A DNA stretch of 64,000 bases from NCBI GenBank assembly GCA_951406725.2, contig OX597819.1:95542001-95606000 (forward strand), read 5' to 3'. Positions within the stretch are counted from its first letter, which is position 1, and each line of letters begins with the position of its first letter. The notes beneath the pieces were generated by a model. The model searched no databases. It had not been told where the DNA came from and saw only the letters and a list, made by a program, of their open reading frames with translations. The translations under genes and the position numbers were made by a program. The DNA comes from Octopus vulgaris (Eukaryota). This document shows positions 51,560 through 64,000 of this stretch, piece after piece.

Positions 51560-53221
51560 CTATATTTGAATGAAAAATAAATCAAACACTGAAAAGATAA
51601 ATATGAATAGCATAGTTTTGTTCAATTTCACAATAAATTAAAATTTATATAAATTTTGAAAAACAATTTACTGTTTTTATATATATATATATATATATAT
51701 AAAATGAAAAAACATTTTTAATTCCATATTGAAAATTATTCTAGAATAGTAACAACTAATAATTTTTAATGTGAATTTCATATGAAATTAATTGAATTAA
51801 TAATTATAGTTCTAAACAAACACAGACCTAACAACCTACTTAAGGAACAGCTGTATAGGTACAGGCATAGCCAAGTGGTAAGAAGTTGCTTTCTAACCAC
51901 ATGGTTCTGGGTTTAGTTACACTGCATGGGACTTTGGACAAGTGTCTTCCAGTATGAGCCCTGGCTAAAGAATTAGGAGTGGATTTGGGGGGGGGGGGAC
52001 ACATATATAGAAACAAATGAATAATAATATATGAATGTACAGGCACTAATCCCTTACAGCCGTTTCTACCATAAGGCAACAAAAACCTCCAAGTTTTCTT
52101 CACATCAGTGATATACAGGGATGGACAGACATTGGACAGGGCTTGGATAATGGGTGTGCCCCTAAGCTTCTTCAGAGGGTCCAAATGTTAGGGAACTAAC
52201 ATGTGTGAAAGTTAGTTAAAAAAATAAAGTAGAGTAAAATAAAATAAAATAATGTGATAAACATAGTAAGGAAAGGTAAGATAAGGACTTCAATTAAGGT
52301 GTTAATATAATCCATGGTATTCCATCCTGTGGTAAGTACATGAATAAAGTCACATTTAGGAAGAATTTCTACGGTTGCAGTTTACATTGTGTTTCCATTA
52401 TACTGGGGGGAAATAGCTTGTTATGTGGTGGGTTTAATGGTTTGGTCAATGTTACAGGGGTTAGAGGTTGGATGTTAACCGCTATTTAGTAGAAATAGCA
52501 TTATAAAAGGAGTTGGCAGAAATAACTTAGATTAAACCCGTTAGGGGAAGTTTAGGAGTATATTAATGGGTGAAGCCTAAATGTGATGCTAAAATTAGTT
52601 CTTGACCAAACCCTAATCCCCAAACCCCTGTATGTAGTGGGGTGGGATCAGAGTCAATCCTATAATCTAATTGCTCAAGACACACATACAGAGGAACCCT
52701 CACATACAGTGCAGGTATATTGTGAAGTTAAGACCTTTGCTTCCTAACTTTCAGGTTCAGACCTGTTGTGTGGCACCTTGAGCAAGTGTCTTGTGTCATA
52801 GACTTTCTACTGGCCAAGCTTTGAATGAATTTGGTAAATAAAATTCAAAGCCCATCATAATATATGTTTGTGGTTCCCTTCCTTGACAGTGTGTGATTGT
52901 TATAAATGAATATCATTCATTTCCAATATTCTGCAAAGACATGTCTTGCTATGGGGAAATATTACTTCAATGAAAAACAAGTAGGGGCTGGTGACAGGAA
53001 GGGTATCAGCCATAGAAAACCTGCCTCACAAAAATCTATCCAACTCATACAATAATGGAATCAATGATGACGATGATACTTACATATACATAAATACATG
53101 TACATGTTACCCTAGTAATTATATCAAACCATGAAATTCCAACCATTATGCAAATGAATAGTGCCATACATAGTTTGACTTCATTTTAATAAACAGAAAT
53201 TTTAGAGAAAATAAAACTTGC

Positions 53222-53428
53222 CTTTGTATTTTTGTGATGATGCTGCACGAAACCCTTCACATGCTTTAATCACTCTTGGCTGCTGAAGGAGCGTTCTATA
53301 TGGTGTTTGTTTCTCAGATGATGACAAACTTCTCTTTTGACAGTGTTTTACTTGAAAATTTTGGGACTGATCTATAGGCAGTTTTTTACTTGAAGATTTT
53401 AAAAATAATTCATAACTAATAAAAAGTT
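53222..53428 (-). CDS. PXYLP1-like, coding exon 2 (stem region)
   Basis: Acceptor tatttcag|, GC donor AAG|gcaagt, phase 1 at both ends, open frame (ORF 53202-53468). Confidence 0.75.
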
Positions 53429-53979
53429 CTGAAATATAATTAACATAAGGTTCCATATGTGAAAACAATTAAGTGAAAATTTATATTTTGTATGAATAGT
53501 GAAAAACTAACTTTATTGCCTCTTCACTCTCCCATCTGTCACAAACAAAAATGCACAAACATGCGTCTCACTTTGAGAAAGTTATTGATTTCTGTTATGT
53601 AGAAAAACACTTTATAATTGACTTGTTTTGGAACATATAATTACTTATTTTGTATATCATGAACCTAACAAAGATTTTACTTGGAGACTTTTGGTTTAAA
53701 TGGCTTGGTAGCCCAATTCAGATGCTTTCATTGTGTAAATGATACAAAAGCTAAAAAGTTATTTATATCGTGTAATTTTTACAGTGAAAAACCTCAAAAT
53801 CAAGTGCCATGCTATTATTGATATCCACACACAGTTAAACTTACATGGTAACTGTGCTTTCAATGTCAATGTCTAGAAAATACCCATTCATTCAACATGT
53901 AAATAGTTTATAAAATCCCATCCAAACATACAAGTCTCTACAAATAAACAAAGAGAATATAAATGGAAGCTAAGATTAA

Positions 53980-55057
53980 CCCTTTCGTTACTATATTTCT
54001 GACCAAAATACACCCCTTATGTGTTTCAATTAATTTCTAACATAATCATAAATTTAGTCTGGTTTCATTAAACAACTATAACTTTTTTTTTTATCAATAT
54101 ATTAATCTGATTTTTGGAAGATAATTTAATGAAATGTTCTCAACTAATTCTATACTATAATTTTTGTCACAAAGTGACTCTAATTGCAGGTAGATACAGG
54201 TAAATTCAACAAAATATAAAATTATTAATATTTTGTTCAAACATCGCTATAGAAAATGGGTTATTAGCTAATATTCAATTGGGTATACAACAAAATTTTA
54301 CGATAGAATTTGTTATTCTGGGTAACTTTCTGATACCCATAATAATATTTATGGCAAAATAGTCTTAATTTCATTTAAGGTTGTGGGAAACCACTAACTA
54401 TCCTTTCTTTCGCTTTGTTTAAATTTAGCGTAATGGTTCGTTTCCGCCGTAATGATTTCAAATAGGCTCATTCGAAAAAGTAAAAAGAAATAGTCTAAGG
54501 CTTTACTCCCCTGGGAAAGTCTGTGGCTTGGTCCAGTTTCTTCAGAAAAACCACCGAAAGAAACAGTTTTTAAATTTTCACTCCATTCAGGTGCCAATTC
54601 ATTTTCTTTATCGCTGTCGGAGCTCTCGGATTCACTGTTTTCACTTTCGGAAAATGAAACATCAGATTCATTATCAAATACCACGTGCTTTTTTTTTTTC
54701 AGTCATAGAGTTAGATTTATCAAGGTCTTCAGTGGAAAATCCTTCAAATTCTGACTCGCTGCTTGATATAATGAAATTCATATCCATTTTTTGTCAGAAT
54801 TACAAATTTTGAAAACACAATAGGAACAAATTTCGGAAAAAAATTCCCCAAAATTCCCGGAATTAAAATTACACTTTGATTGTTGTACAAAACTGTAGAT
54901 GAACTGTTTACAAAGTATAATACGTATTTTCACGAATGTGCTAAAGAGATTTGCTCTGATATTCTCATTTAAATATGAATAGGTAAATACGGGCGGGTTT
55001 GGGCGGTTTGGTCACATTAACCAAAATTTTTTTCGGGCGGCTTTGGTAACGAAAGGG
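53980..55057 (-). mobile_element. Non-autonomous piggyBac element
   Basis: TTAA TSDs (53976-79, 55058-61), TIR CCCTTTCGTTAC, transposase N-terminal remnant (ITAETNHYA) at 54394-54684. Confidence 0.93.
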
Positions 55058-55213
55058 TTAAAAGTACATCATAAATACTGTTAGGTTAGGGCTGAAACTA
55101 TTCATTTTAATTCCTAAAATCTTTCAGTCCATGTGTTTCCTCACCATTTTCATAAACAAGATATTTTAAATTAGAAAAAATTTACAAAAGAACTACCACA
55201 AAAATATACTTAC

Positions 55214-55265
55214 GCATCAGTAATATACAAACAAGGATGTAAAGTCTATGTACCATAGAAAACAT
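55214..55265 (-). CDS. PXYLP1-like, coding exon 1 (signal anchor)
   Basis: MFSMVHRLYILVCILLM with donor C|gtaagt in phase 1. The three exons sum to 1440 nt (479 aa), about the length of vertebrate PXYLP1. Confidence 0.75.
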
Positions 55266-55438
55266 GCTTAAACATTTCCAAAAGAATGGTATACACAGCA
55301 GAATACATCTATTCTGAAATTTATAGAAAAAAAAAAATGTTCAATTAAATTATTCCTAATAACATTGAAAACTGTCAAAAAATTTTTTTTTAAAGTTAAC
55401 TTTAGAAGTCGAAATGTCACAAACATATTTTAACTAAC

Positions 55439-55508
55439 CTAAAGGCAAATTCACTACCATTTTCTTGGAGAAAAATTCTCTCTTATAGTAAAGACGTAAA
55501 AATATCAT
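55439..55508 (-). other. Candidate upstream exon portion carrying a uORF or alternative start
   Basis: ATG at 55508, donor TTAG|gttagt at 55439/55438, acceptor tttcag| at 55314. Confidence 0.4.
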
Positions 55509-55626
55509 ATCTGTCCAGTGCTGCAGCCTTTCAGATTCCCAGATACTGCGTTTCTAGCTCTTTAGCCGTTATCAATGGGGAAAATTGAAGAAATAACTCT
55601 GGACAGATTTAAAGTTGTAGCTTTGA

Positions 55627-56720
55627 CTAAAATTGATCAATGTCCAATATTTTAAATCTGGGTTTGTCCCCGTTAACAGGGGTGGCCAGATCTACCTCAC
55701 TCTTACAACAACCGCTCTCACACCATCTCGCCATCTCATCTGGTTTTGGGTGTCCTTCCTCCTCAAGCCAATCCTTCCAATCTCCTCCTACATGTTTTCT
55801 TTGATCAACCTCACTTTCATGGTCCATTCACCTTAAACTCAAGCACTCTCCTCAGAACATGATCCTCATCCCTCCTCAATACATGTCCATACCACCGCAC
55901 TCCATTTGCCCTTGCCAGCTGTTCCACCAATTCCCCCAACCCCAGCATTCCTATCAAGTCCTCAGCCCTCCTTTTATCCAATAGTTTCACGCCACACATT
56001 GCTCTCTCAGTCCTTCTCAAAATTGCCATTTCACTTCCCCTCAGACACCAGGTCTCACTCCCATACAGCAGTGCAAATCTCACGCAGCACCAATAAATCC
56101 TTCCTTTCATCTTCAAGGCGAACCTTTTCCCATATAATAATGCTCCACATTCCCTGAACTTAACCCAGCCAAGTCTCACTTTTGCTGTCACAGCTGCTTC
56201 ACATCCACCCTATCTCCCAAATAACAAAACCCTCTCACCAGTTCCACCAGTCCTCCAGCTCCTTTCTCACATCTTAAACTCAAATGAAAACTCTTGCCAG
56301 TCTTAGGATCACCGTCATTTTTCTAAATCTACCATGAATCTATTTCCCACATTTTCCATTACTTTCCTCCCACACACACCACATGGATCTACCTTACTAA
56401 CACTTCTCCTTCTACCCCGCTCACCATCACCTTTGTCTTCCCAAGGTTTACCTTCAAACCCTTTCTTTCAAACACCTCCTTCCATTTCCGAAACTTCTCC
56501 TTCAATCCCTCCATCATCTCACTCATCAGAACAAGGTCATCTGCAAACAGTATCCCCATTATCAATCCCTCTCTAGCACTCTCCATCACCACATCAATCA
56601 CTATTGCCAACAACAACGGTGACAACACAGATCCCTGATGTGCACCAACTTTCACTGCTAACTCCTCCAACAGCTCTGATCCAACTCTAACTCTCTTCTT
56701 TACTCCTTCACACAAACTCA
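55627..56720 (-). mobile_element. RTE LINE, second subfamily, degenerate
   Basis: HQGSVLSPLL, FADDLVL, LLYGSETW, RWYGHV. Confidence 0.88.
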
Positions 56721-57109
56721 TCAGGGAAGTGTAAATGCAAACAAACACACACACATACATACGTATATATATGACAAGCTTCTTTCAGTTTTCATTAAGC
56801 AAACCCATTTACTAGGCTTTTGTTTGCCCAAAGTTATAGCAGGAGACTTGCTTAAAGTGCTGCATAGCAGGACCAAACCCAAAAGCATATGATTGAAAAG
56901 CAAACACAGCTAGACCAATGCATGGTCTTAAGAAGAGCATCTAGCCATAGAAATTATGCCGAAGCAAGTACTGGAACTTGACACAGCCTTCTGACTGACT
57001 GGATCCTGTCAAACCATCTAACCCATGCCAGTATGGAAGCTGGACATTAAATGATGATTATTATATATTGCATCAGATCATGACTTGGCAACCATCAGAG
57101 AGATCAACT

Positions 57110-57355
57110 ACTAGAATGTGGCCCCGACTGGCCTCCGTGCCGGTGGCACGTAAAAAGCAACATCCGATTGTGGCCGTTGCCAGCATCGTCTGGCCCCCGT
57201 GCCAGTGGCACGTAAAAAGCACCATCCAATCATGGCCGTTTGCCAGCCTCGTCTGGCACCTGTGCAGGTGGCACGTAAAAAACACCCACTACATTCACGG
57301 AGTGGTTGGCGTCAGGAAGGGCGTCCAGCTGTAGAAACACCGCCAGATCAGACTG
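57110..57355 (+). mobile_element. RTE 3' UTR fragment
   Basis: Same ~60-bp UTR units. Confidence 0.75.
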
Positions 57356-58764
57356 TTTTTTTTTGGGGGGGGGTGTACGAAAAGAGTAAAAATTGCAAGA
57401 CTCCAGTGTACAAATTCATACAAATTAAAACAAAAGTTGAATTGTTGACTGACAATGCCACATTATTAATGGCATTTATTTCAAACATACCAACAAAATG
57501 AAGAGATACAAAAAAACAAAAACTGAAACACCAACAAATTTGAATGGAAGTAACTAAACTAAATATTATTATTCTTTCAACACTATATATTGCATACATT
57601 TAGGTGAACTCCACTGGCAGAAATGCTTGTCAAAATATGTGCCAATTCACAAGTTCAGGTCAAAAAACTAACTTACTTGTCAATAAGAATGTTATAGGAG
57701 AATTACATGTTAACCTAGACTTTTGTTTAAATTAAATACTTGAAATGAAAGAGAACAGATTATTGTTATTAATAAAAAGAATATATGAAGGAATGCATAT
57801 TTAAAAATATGTATAAATATGAATCTATAAATGTTTAAAAGAAAAAGGCTGCATATGTATTTGACAGACAAATATAACAATTAACAGAAACAATATTTTA
57901 ATTAATTCTATTTTGTTATGCGATATTTTTTTAGATTACTTTACATTTATAATTCAAATTATATGCACTGTGTGTCCTAGTTACTGTGAATTTAATGAAC
58001 TCTCTTTAATGATTATTGCATACAAAAATTGAAAACAAAAAGTTTCAAAATGGTCGAGTTCAAAAGAACAAAAGAAAAAAGAGTGTGTGGGTTATTTGTA
58101 AAGAACTTTAGCAAGCTAAAAATGGAAAACACATTAATATGTTACTTGGTATGTACCAATTTTTTTTTACTTTCTCCTCTTTCAGATTTATCAACATCAA
58201 CATGGCAGATTCCAATCTAACATAGGAAAGGAAAAGGTAAATCAACCACAACAAACTGAAGATTACCAGCTTCTTGAACATAGTCAAGTCTTTTATATTC
58301 AGGGTCAGGAAAGAGCTGGAGATCTCTAGAGGGGAAAGAGTCAAGTCCTTTATGTTCAGGGTCAGGAAAGAGCTGAAGATCTCTAGAGGGACAGTCCAAG
58401 GTCATAAGTTGGTGAGATGGTGGTCCATGGTCATAAGTTGTCAGCACAGCTGAGGACATCATCAATGACAACCCCAGTGGTTAATAAAAGTCATTTCCAA
58501 GCAGCTCAAAGTGGTGAGATGGTGGACTCTTTCATGATGAGGAGAAAGCAGTTCATGTCCACCAAGACCCAAGAGAAATCTGACCTCCAGTATCATGTAA
58601 CTACCTAGTTACCCTGAAGAAAACTGGACAGGGACACACACACAGTTTCCATCTACCAAATTCACTCACAAGGCGTTGGTTGCCCTGCAGTGGAACTGAA
58701 CAAGAAACCATGTGGTTGTAAAGCAAGCTTCACACAGCCATGCCTAGAAGTGATTGTGTGGTAA

Positions 58765-59090
58765 GGTGCAGGAGTGGCTGTGTAGTAAGAAGCTTGCTTA
58801 CCAACCAAATGGTCCCAGGTTCAGTCTTACTGTGTAGCACCTTGGGCACGTGTCTTCTACTATAGCCTCAGGCCAACCAAAGCCTTGTAAGTGGATTTGG
58901 TAGACAGAAACTGAAAGAAGACCATCATGTGTGTGTGTGTGTATGTTTGTCCCTCCACCACTGGTTTGACAACTGGTGTCGGTGTGCTTATGTCCCTGTA
59001 ACTTAGCAGTTCGGCAAAAATGACTAATAGAATAAGAACCAGGCTTACAAAGAATAAGTCCTAGGATCAGTTTATTCAACTAAAAATTCT
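58765..59090 (+). mobile_element. tRNA-derived SINE
   Basis: Family match, A/B boxes. Confidence 0.8.
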
Positions 59091-61036
59091 AAAATCAGCT
59101 AATGGTGAAAATATGAATATCATACTAGGCAGAAAACTAACAAATACATGAGAGTATACTACTTCTGTAAGTTTACCAAGCACAAAGAATCCAGAACTAT
59201 TGCATAGAGCTCCATAATTCTTTGAATTATAGAAGTGTCAACTACAAAATCTAGTAAGCTTGTAAACATCTAATGATATTCACAGTAAATATTTACAAAC
59301 CAGCTTGAATCAAAGTAATTTTTCAATGCTATTTATTTAAAATTCTGAATAGCTTCGTTTAGTCTCAACATGCAGCTGGTCATTCAGTTTTTCTCTCAAC
59401 ACTAAGTAAGTCCTTCCTTTATAAGATAATAAGATGTGAGTGGAAGAAAATTTGGCTGCTATTTCCAGCAGTTCAAAAGGCTACATAGAAACTTAGCTTG
59501 AATTCAAAATATAAACATTAAAGGCACATCAGTCACCAACTTGAGAGTAATATTGATTTCTAACATTTGTGCAAGGTCACTATTTGAAGGGAAGGGGTAG
59601 TTGATACACTTGACTGGTACTTTGTACCGAGCAAGAAAGGTAAAGTTCACTTTGGCATGATTGATTTAAACCCAAAATGTAAAGTAAATATTTCTATGTA
59701 CTTTATCCAACGTTTTAAAAACTCTGCTAATCCGAGGCCCTCCAATACAAAATAAAATAAACTTTTTTCTAAAAATATGGCTAACATACCTTTTATAAGT
59801 TATACTTTCAGTGGTTTCTATCATTGGCATATGCTGGAGTACTCTGCCTTTCAGAGTTTTGGTCAATCATATTGACACCAGTAGTTACTTCAGTTTGGTG
59901 CTTTTTCAATGAGCTTCTTAAGCACCATACTTGTGCTTGCACCTGTGTTTAGAAAATGATAAAAAAAAGAAAAGCATTTTTAATTAACTTCATTTGCCAT
60001 CAATTTCTAAATATTGATTTCAAATTTTGGCATCAACCACAAAAGAATTTGAACTAAGAACATAGAAGACAGATAAAATACAACTGAGACAAACAATTCT
60101 GCCAGCTCACCACCTTTAAAAGTAACTTTTCAGTATCTAGGCTGAAGAAAATTAAGAGGTATTGCAATTATTGCTAAATTACAGGACAAAAACAAAGAGA
60201 ATTATTTTTTAAATCACGTCACATATTAAAGCATATATAGGGACAAGACAAACACCAACAGAAATTGCACATGTCATCATTGTTTAAACATCTATTTTTC
60301 CATGCTTGCATGGGTCAGATGAGAACATGTTGGGACAGGGTTTTCTATAGCCAGACGCCCTTTCTGTTGCTAACCTCTACTTGCTTCCAAAATGAGGTAA
60401 TAATCTCCCAGTCATTTGAACAAACAGCCCAAACATGTTTAGAAGGAGAATTGGAATCAAATAGTACATGAATGACCCTTTTACAAAGATCTTGTCCATG
60501 CTGGCAAGAGTTTGATAGTTTTTATCAGTGCCTTTCCTATTGCCAGCTCTTTTAATCACCTCTTCTGATACACAGAAACACAATGTACTTGACAAGCTCT
60601 CAGAGTTATTGTCTACCAAATTTTACTTGCAAAACATAGTTCAACCTGAGAATAAGGAAGATGCTTGCCCATCATGCAATGCAAATAGGACCAAACCCAA
60701 AACAAAACACAGCTGTGCTTGTAAACTATCTATCAAACAAACATAAAAAAAAAATCTAAACTATTCTGTAATGTAAATACTCCTGTTAGCAGTGTTTTTT
60801 CTTTTTTAAGAATGGACAGTGGAGAGGCAACTAAGAACTGACAGACTGTTAGACAAACAAAATAGCAATGATTTACTGACAACCAATGACATAGTTTTCC
60901 ATTAAACTTATTCTTCACAGTGCACTTAAATATAAATACTGCAGCACATTTTGTATATACATTCAGAAACAATAACCAAAAGAATTTGTAAACATTAACA
61001 CAGCATAAAACAAGAATGTATTTGAAAATGCTGAAG

Positions 61037-61460
61037 TAGGCGCAGGAATGGCTGTGTGGTAAGTAGCTTGCTAACCAACCACATGGTTCCGGGTTCAGTC
61101 ACACTGCGTGGCATCTTGGGCAAGTGTCTTCGGCTATAGCCCCGGGCCGACCAATGCCTTGGGAGTGGATTTGGTAGACGGAAACTGAAAGAAGCCTGTC
61201 GTATATATGTATATATATATAAGTGTGTGTGTATATGTTTGTGTGTCTGTGTCTGTGTTTGTCCCCCTAGCATTGCTTGACAACCAATGCTGGTGTGTTT
61301 ACGTCCCTGTCACTTAGTGGTTCGGCAAAAGAGACCGATAGAATAAGTACTGGGCTTACAAAGAATAAGTCCCGGGGTCGATTTGCTCGACTAAAGGCGG
61401 TGCTCCAGGATGACTGCAGTCAAATGACTGTAACAAGTAAAAGAGTAAAAGAGAGTAAGT
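61037..61460 (+). mobile_element. Full-length tRNA-derived SINE
   Basis: aggcgcagg head, A/B boxes, internal microsatellite, (gtaaaaga)n tail. Confidence 0.9.
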
Positions 61461-61619
61461 ATATTAAGCAAGTTATCAGTTGGAAACATGAGTCATATTT
61501 TTTTGCAACATTATCAATGTTTAAACATATTTGTGCTAAGTAGATCCTCATTTCTCCTTCAATGAAACTATGCCTCTTATTTTTGATGTTACAGGGGAGT
61601 TGAAAATCCCAATTCAAAT

Positions 61620-62220
61620 AAATGCAAAGTAGAAAATCCCAACAAAACTAATAATGCATTTTTTAAAAAATACAATGCGGTATTCCTCTTGATTTTAAGT
61701 ATGCGATCACTGGATATAGATAGATGCTTCTTCCACTTTACGTAATTTAAGATCAATATTAGACGATATATTTATGAAAGGATTTGAAACTCAATCATAC
61801 ACTTCTGTGCTCAGTAACAAACAATAGAAGTCAGTTTTATTCTTCCAAGCTTTGTCAAATGATCAACTACAACAGGAATCATTTCTTTTACGCAGCTTTT
61901 ATACATTAAGGGAAACTTCAAAATTGCCAGTTTTCACTATTCTTCAAAATTACAACTTTCTTTTTTAACAAAATTAACTGGTGAAATAAGAATGATTCCA
62001 TCTCTACGTTATATGCTTGTTGAACAAATATTTCTGTCAGATATCCCAGCTTAGAAACCCAAAATTCATTCATAGACTTGTTCATGCTATCATGTATGTG
62101 ACATAGCACCTGATCTTTTGAAAGCCATCTGACTTGTGTGGTTAAGTAATCACGTATGCTGGAAATCCACTTCAAGACATTTGTTCAAATACTCCTGACT
62201 AACTCAACTTGTTTTTGAAA
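61620..62220 (-). mobile_element. hAT (Charlie/ZBED8-like) transposase remnant
   Basis: TQVRWLSKDQVL, KLGYLTEIF and degenerate C-terminal dimerisation region. Confidence 0.7.
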
Positions 62221-62329
62221 CTAATATCTCTCTATGTAAATACGATAACTGGATTTTGCTTTTCTATGAACAATAAAATAAAAAAAATAGAGCCTCAATA
62301 CACAGTGGCCTGTCAAACATATCATGGAC

Positions 62330-62710
62330 ATGGATTTTACTTTGCTGGGTAAATGTTCGCAAGTACAGCATATCACCAGTTGCCTCAGTCCTTTGTCATC
62401 TCTACAAAACTCAACATCTTGCAGCTGTCCTCACTCATATGCATCACATGACCATACCGACAGGAATTTCATATCACCAGACATCTCCATTGTCATTTTC
62501 TGTGAGACCCAACATCCGGAGACTGGTCCTTACCACTTCACCCCACATCTTCTTGGGTTTCCCTCTTCCGCAAGTACCATCCACTTTCAGTGATCAGCAC
62601 TTCTTTATGCAGCTATCCTCATTCGTACACATCACATATCCAAACCAATGAAGTCTTCTCTCTTGCATGCTACATTTGATTCCTCTTATGCCCAACTTTT
62701 CTCTCAATAC
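62330..62710 (-). mobile_element. RTE LINE fragments
   Basis: Similarity to the RTE C-terminus at 35330-35520. Confidence 0.65.
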
Positions 62711-63139
62711 ATTCGGTATTAGTAAACGATATTCACCCATACAATATCCCCTGATGGCATAAAGAGGCGAAGTAGAAAAAGAGAGTGAATGACATCGTCT
62801 ACTAATACCGGAGGATTGCCTGTATTTTAATGCACAAAAGTTGTCGTGCCTTCCTCAACCAAACAAGTTTTGTGGTGCAGAGGGTCTTATATTTAAAAAA
62901 AATTTTTTAAAGAGAATAACGGCCCGCCAAACATAATGAAAGTAGTTACGAGGCGGCAAAGATCACCACAAAAATTAGTGATAACGCCCATCCCTCAAAA
63001 AAAAACTTATTTTGCATGCCGGAAATGCAGAAATGTCAAGAGAGTTTTTTGAATGCACGATGGGAAAGTGTGGGTACTCATGAATAGTGGACCCATGCTA
63101 GTCGTTAAGAAAATGAAAATAAAATGGGTAATATTTAAG

Positions 63140-63480
63140 AGGCGCAGGAGTGGCTGTGTGGAAGTAGTTTGCTTACCAACCACATAGTTCCGTGTTCAGT
63201 CTCGCTGCGTGGCACCTTGGGCAAGTGACTTCTACTATAGCCTCGGGCCGACCAAAGCCTTGTGAGTGGATGTGGTAGACGGAAACTGAAAGAAGCCCAT
63301 CGTATATATGTATATGTGTTTGTCCCCCAACATCGCTTGATAACCGATGCTGGTGTGTTTACGTCTCCATAACTTAGCAGTTCGGCAAAAGGGACCGATA
63401 GAATAAGTACTAGGTTTACAAAGAATAAGTCCTGGGGTCGATTTGCATTCAAACGACTGAAACAAGTAAAAGAGTAAAGA
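63140..63480 (+). mobile_element. tRNA-derived SINE
   Basis: Family match, A/B boxes. Confidence 0.88.
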
Positions 63481-63674
63481 GAGTGGTCCCGGTGCGCGCA
63501 CTCGCACATCCGCGCTAGCTTGTCGTGACTAGTCGATCCTTACTTCGTGCTTTGTTTTCAAAAAAATTATTTACTTTGTGTAAAAAAATTATTTTGTGTT
63601 TTATTTACTTTGCTGTCACGACTAACTTGCGCGGATGCGATAGTACGCGAGTGCGCGCACCAGGACCACTCTTC
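63478..63674. mobile_element. CpG-rich MITE with TTAA target (Kolobok-like)
   Basis: TIRs agagtggtcccggtgcgcgcactcgc / gcgagtgcgcgcaccaggaccactct; right TTAA at 63675; left TTAA at 63135 displaced by the SINE. Confidence 0.65.
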
Positions 63675-64000
63675 TTAAATAGTACCATAAAATGTTAATC
63701 ATTTCGTTATAATTCGATTTACTGTTATTTGAAATGTTCTATGATATTTTGTCATACATTCAGAGATTTGGTGCTGCATATTCATTTCTAAAAGGAAAGT
63801 GTTGAATTATATAAATACAGATTTAAGAGTAGAATCGTAGTACAAATACAAATATGATTGAATCCCATTTAGATGAGTTTCTGTGGAGAAGAAAATATGG
63901 GAAAACCGGGGATGACTGTTTTCAGAACATTCTAAAACATCTTTTGAAATACATTTTATTTCAATTTTAAATTTTTTTTCTATTTTCACTTTCTGAATGA

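Noticed and set aside
63478-63674. CpG-island promoter of the minus-strand gene
   Set aside because: The CpG richness is confined to the inverted termini of a MITE

Overview
AT-rich, microsatellite- and transposon-dense eukaryotic DNA. The repeat complement (RTE LINEs with (ATG)n tails, tRNA-derived SINEs, Penelope, mariner) looks like a coleoid cephalopod such as Octopus; this is an inference. Two convergent genes can be reconstructed. On + are the last two coding exons of glutathione S-transferase kappa (GSTK1; 250-343 and 24457-24506, 24.1-kb intron, C-terminal PTS1 SKL). On - is a complete three-exon, 479-aa PXYLP1-like histidine-phosphatase-fold gene (55265-55214, 53428-53222, 51559-50379) with a GC-AG intron and no recognisable catalytic residues, so probably a pseudo-phosphatase. 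Downstream of that gene is a repeat-poor region, U-rich on the - strand (~37.4-48.5 kb). It holds five dispersed copies of one hairpin family with iron-responsive-element geometry (5' bulge, 5-bp UCARC/GUUGA stem, CAG[U/G]G loop) and a ~1.15-kb nested fold-back. This hairpin array is the best candidate for an undescribed regulatory system. Other points of interest are a minimal type I hammerhead ribozyme, a tandemly amplified RTE 3' end, several local inverted duplications and a possible decayed NUMT. All calls were made by eye, and repeat boundaries are approximate.
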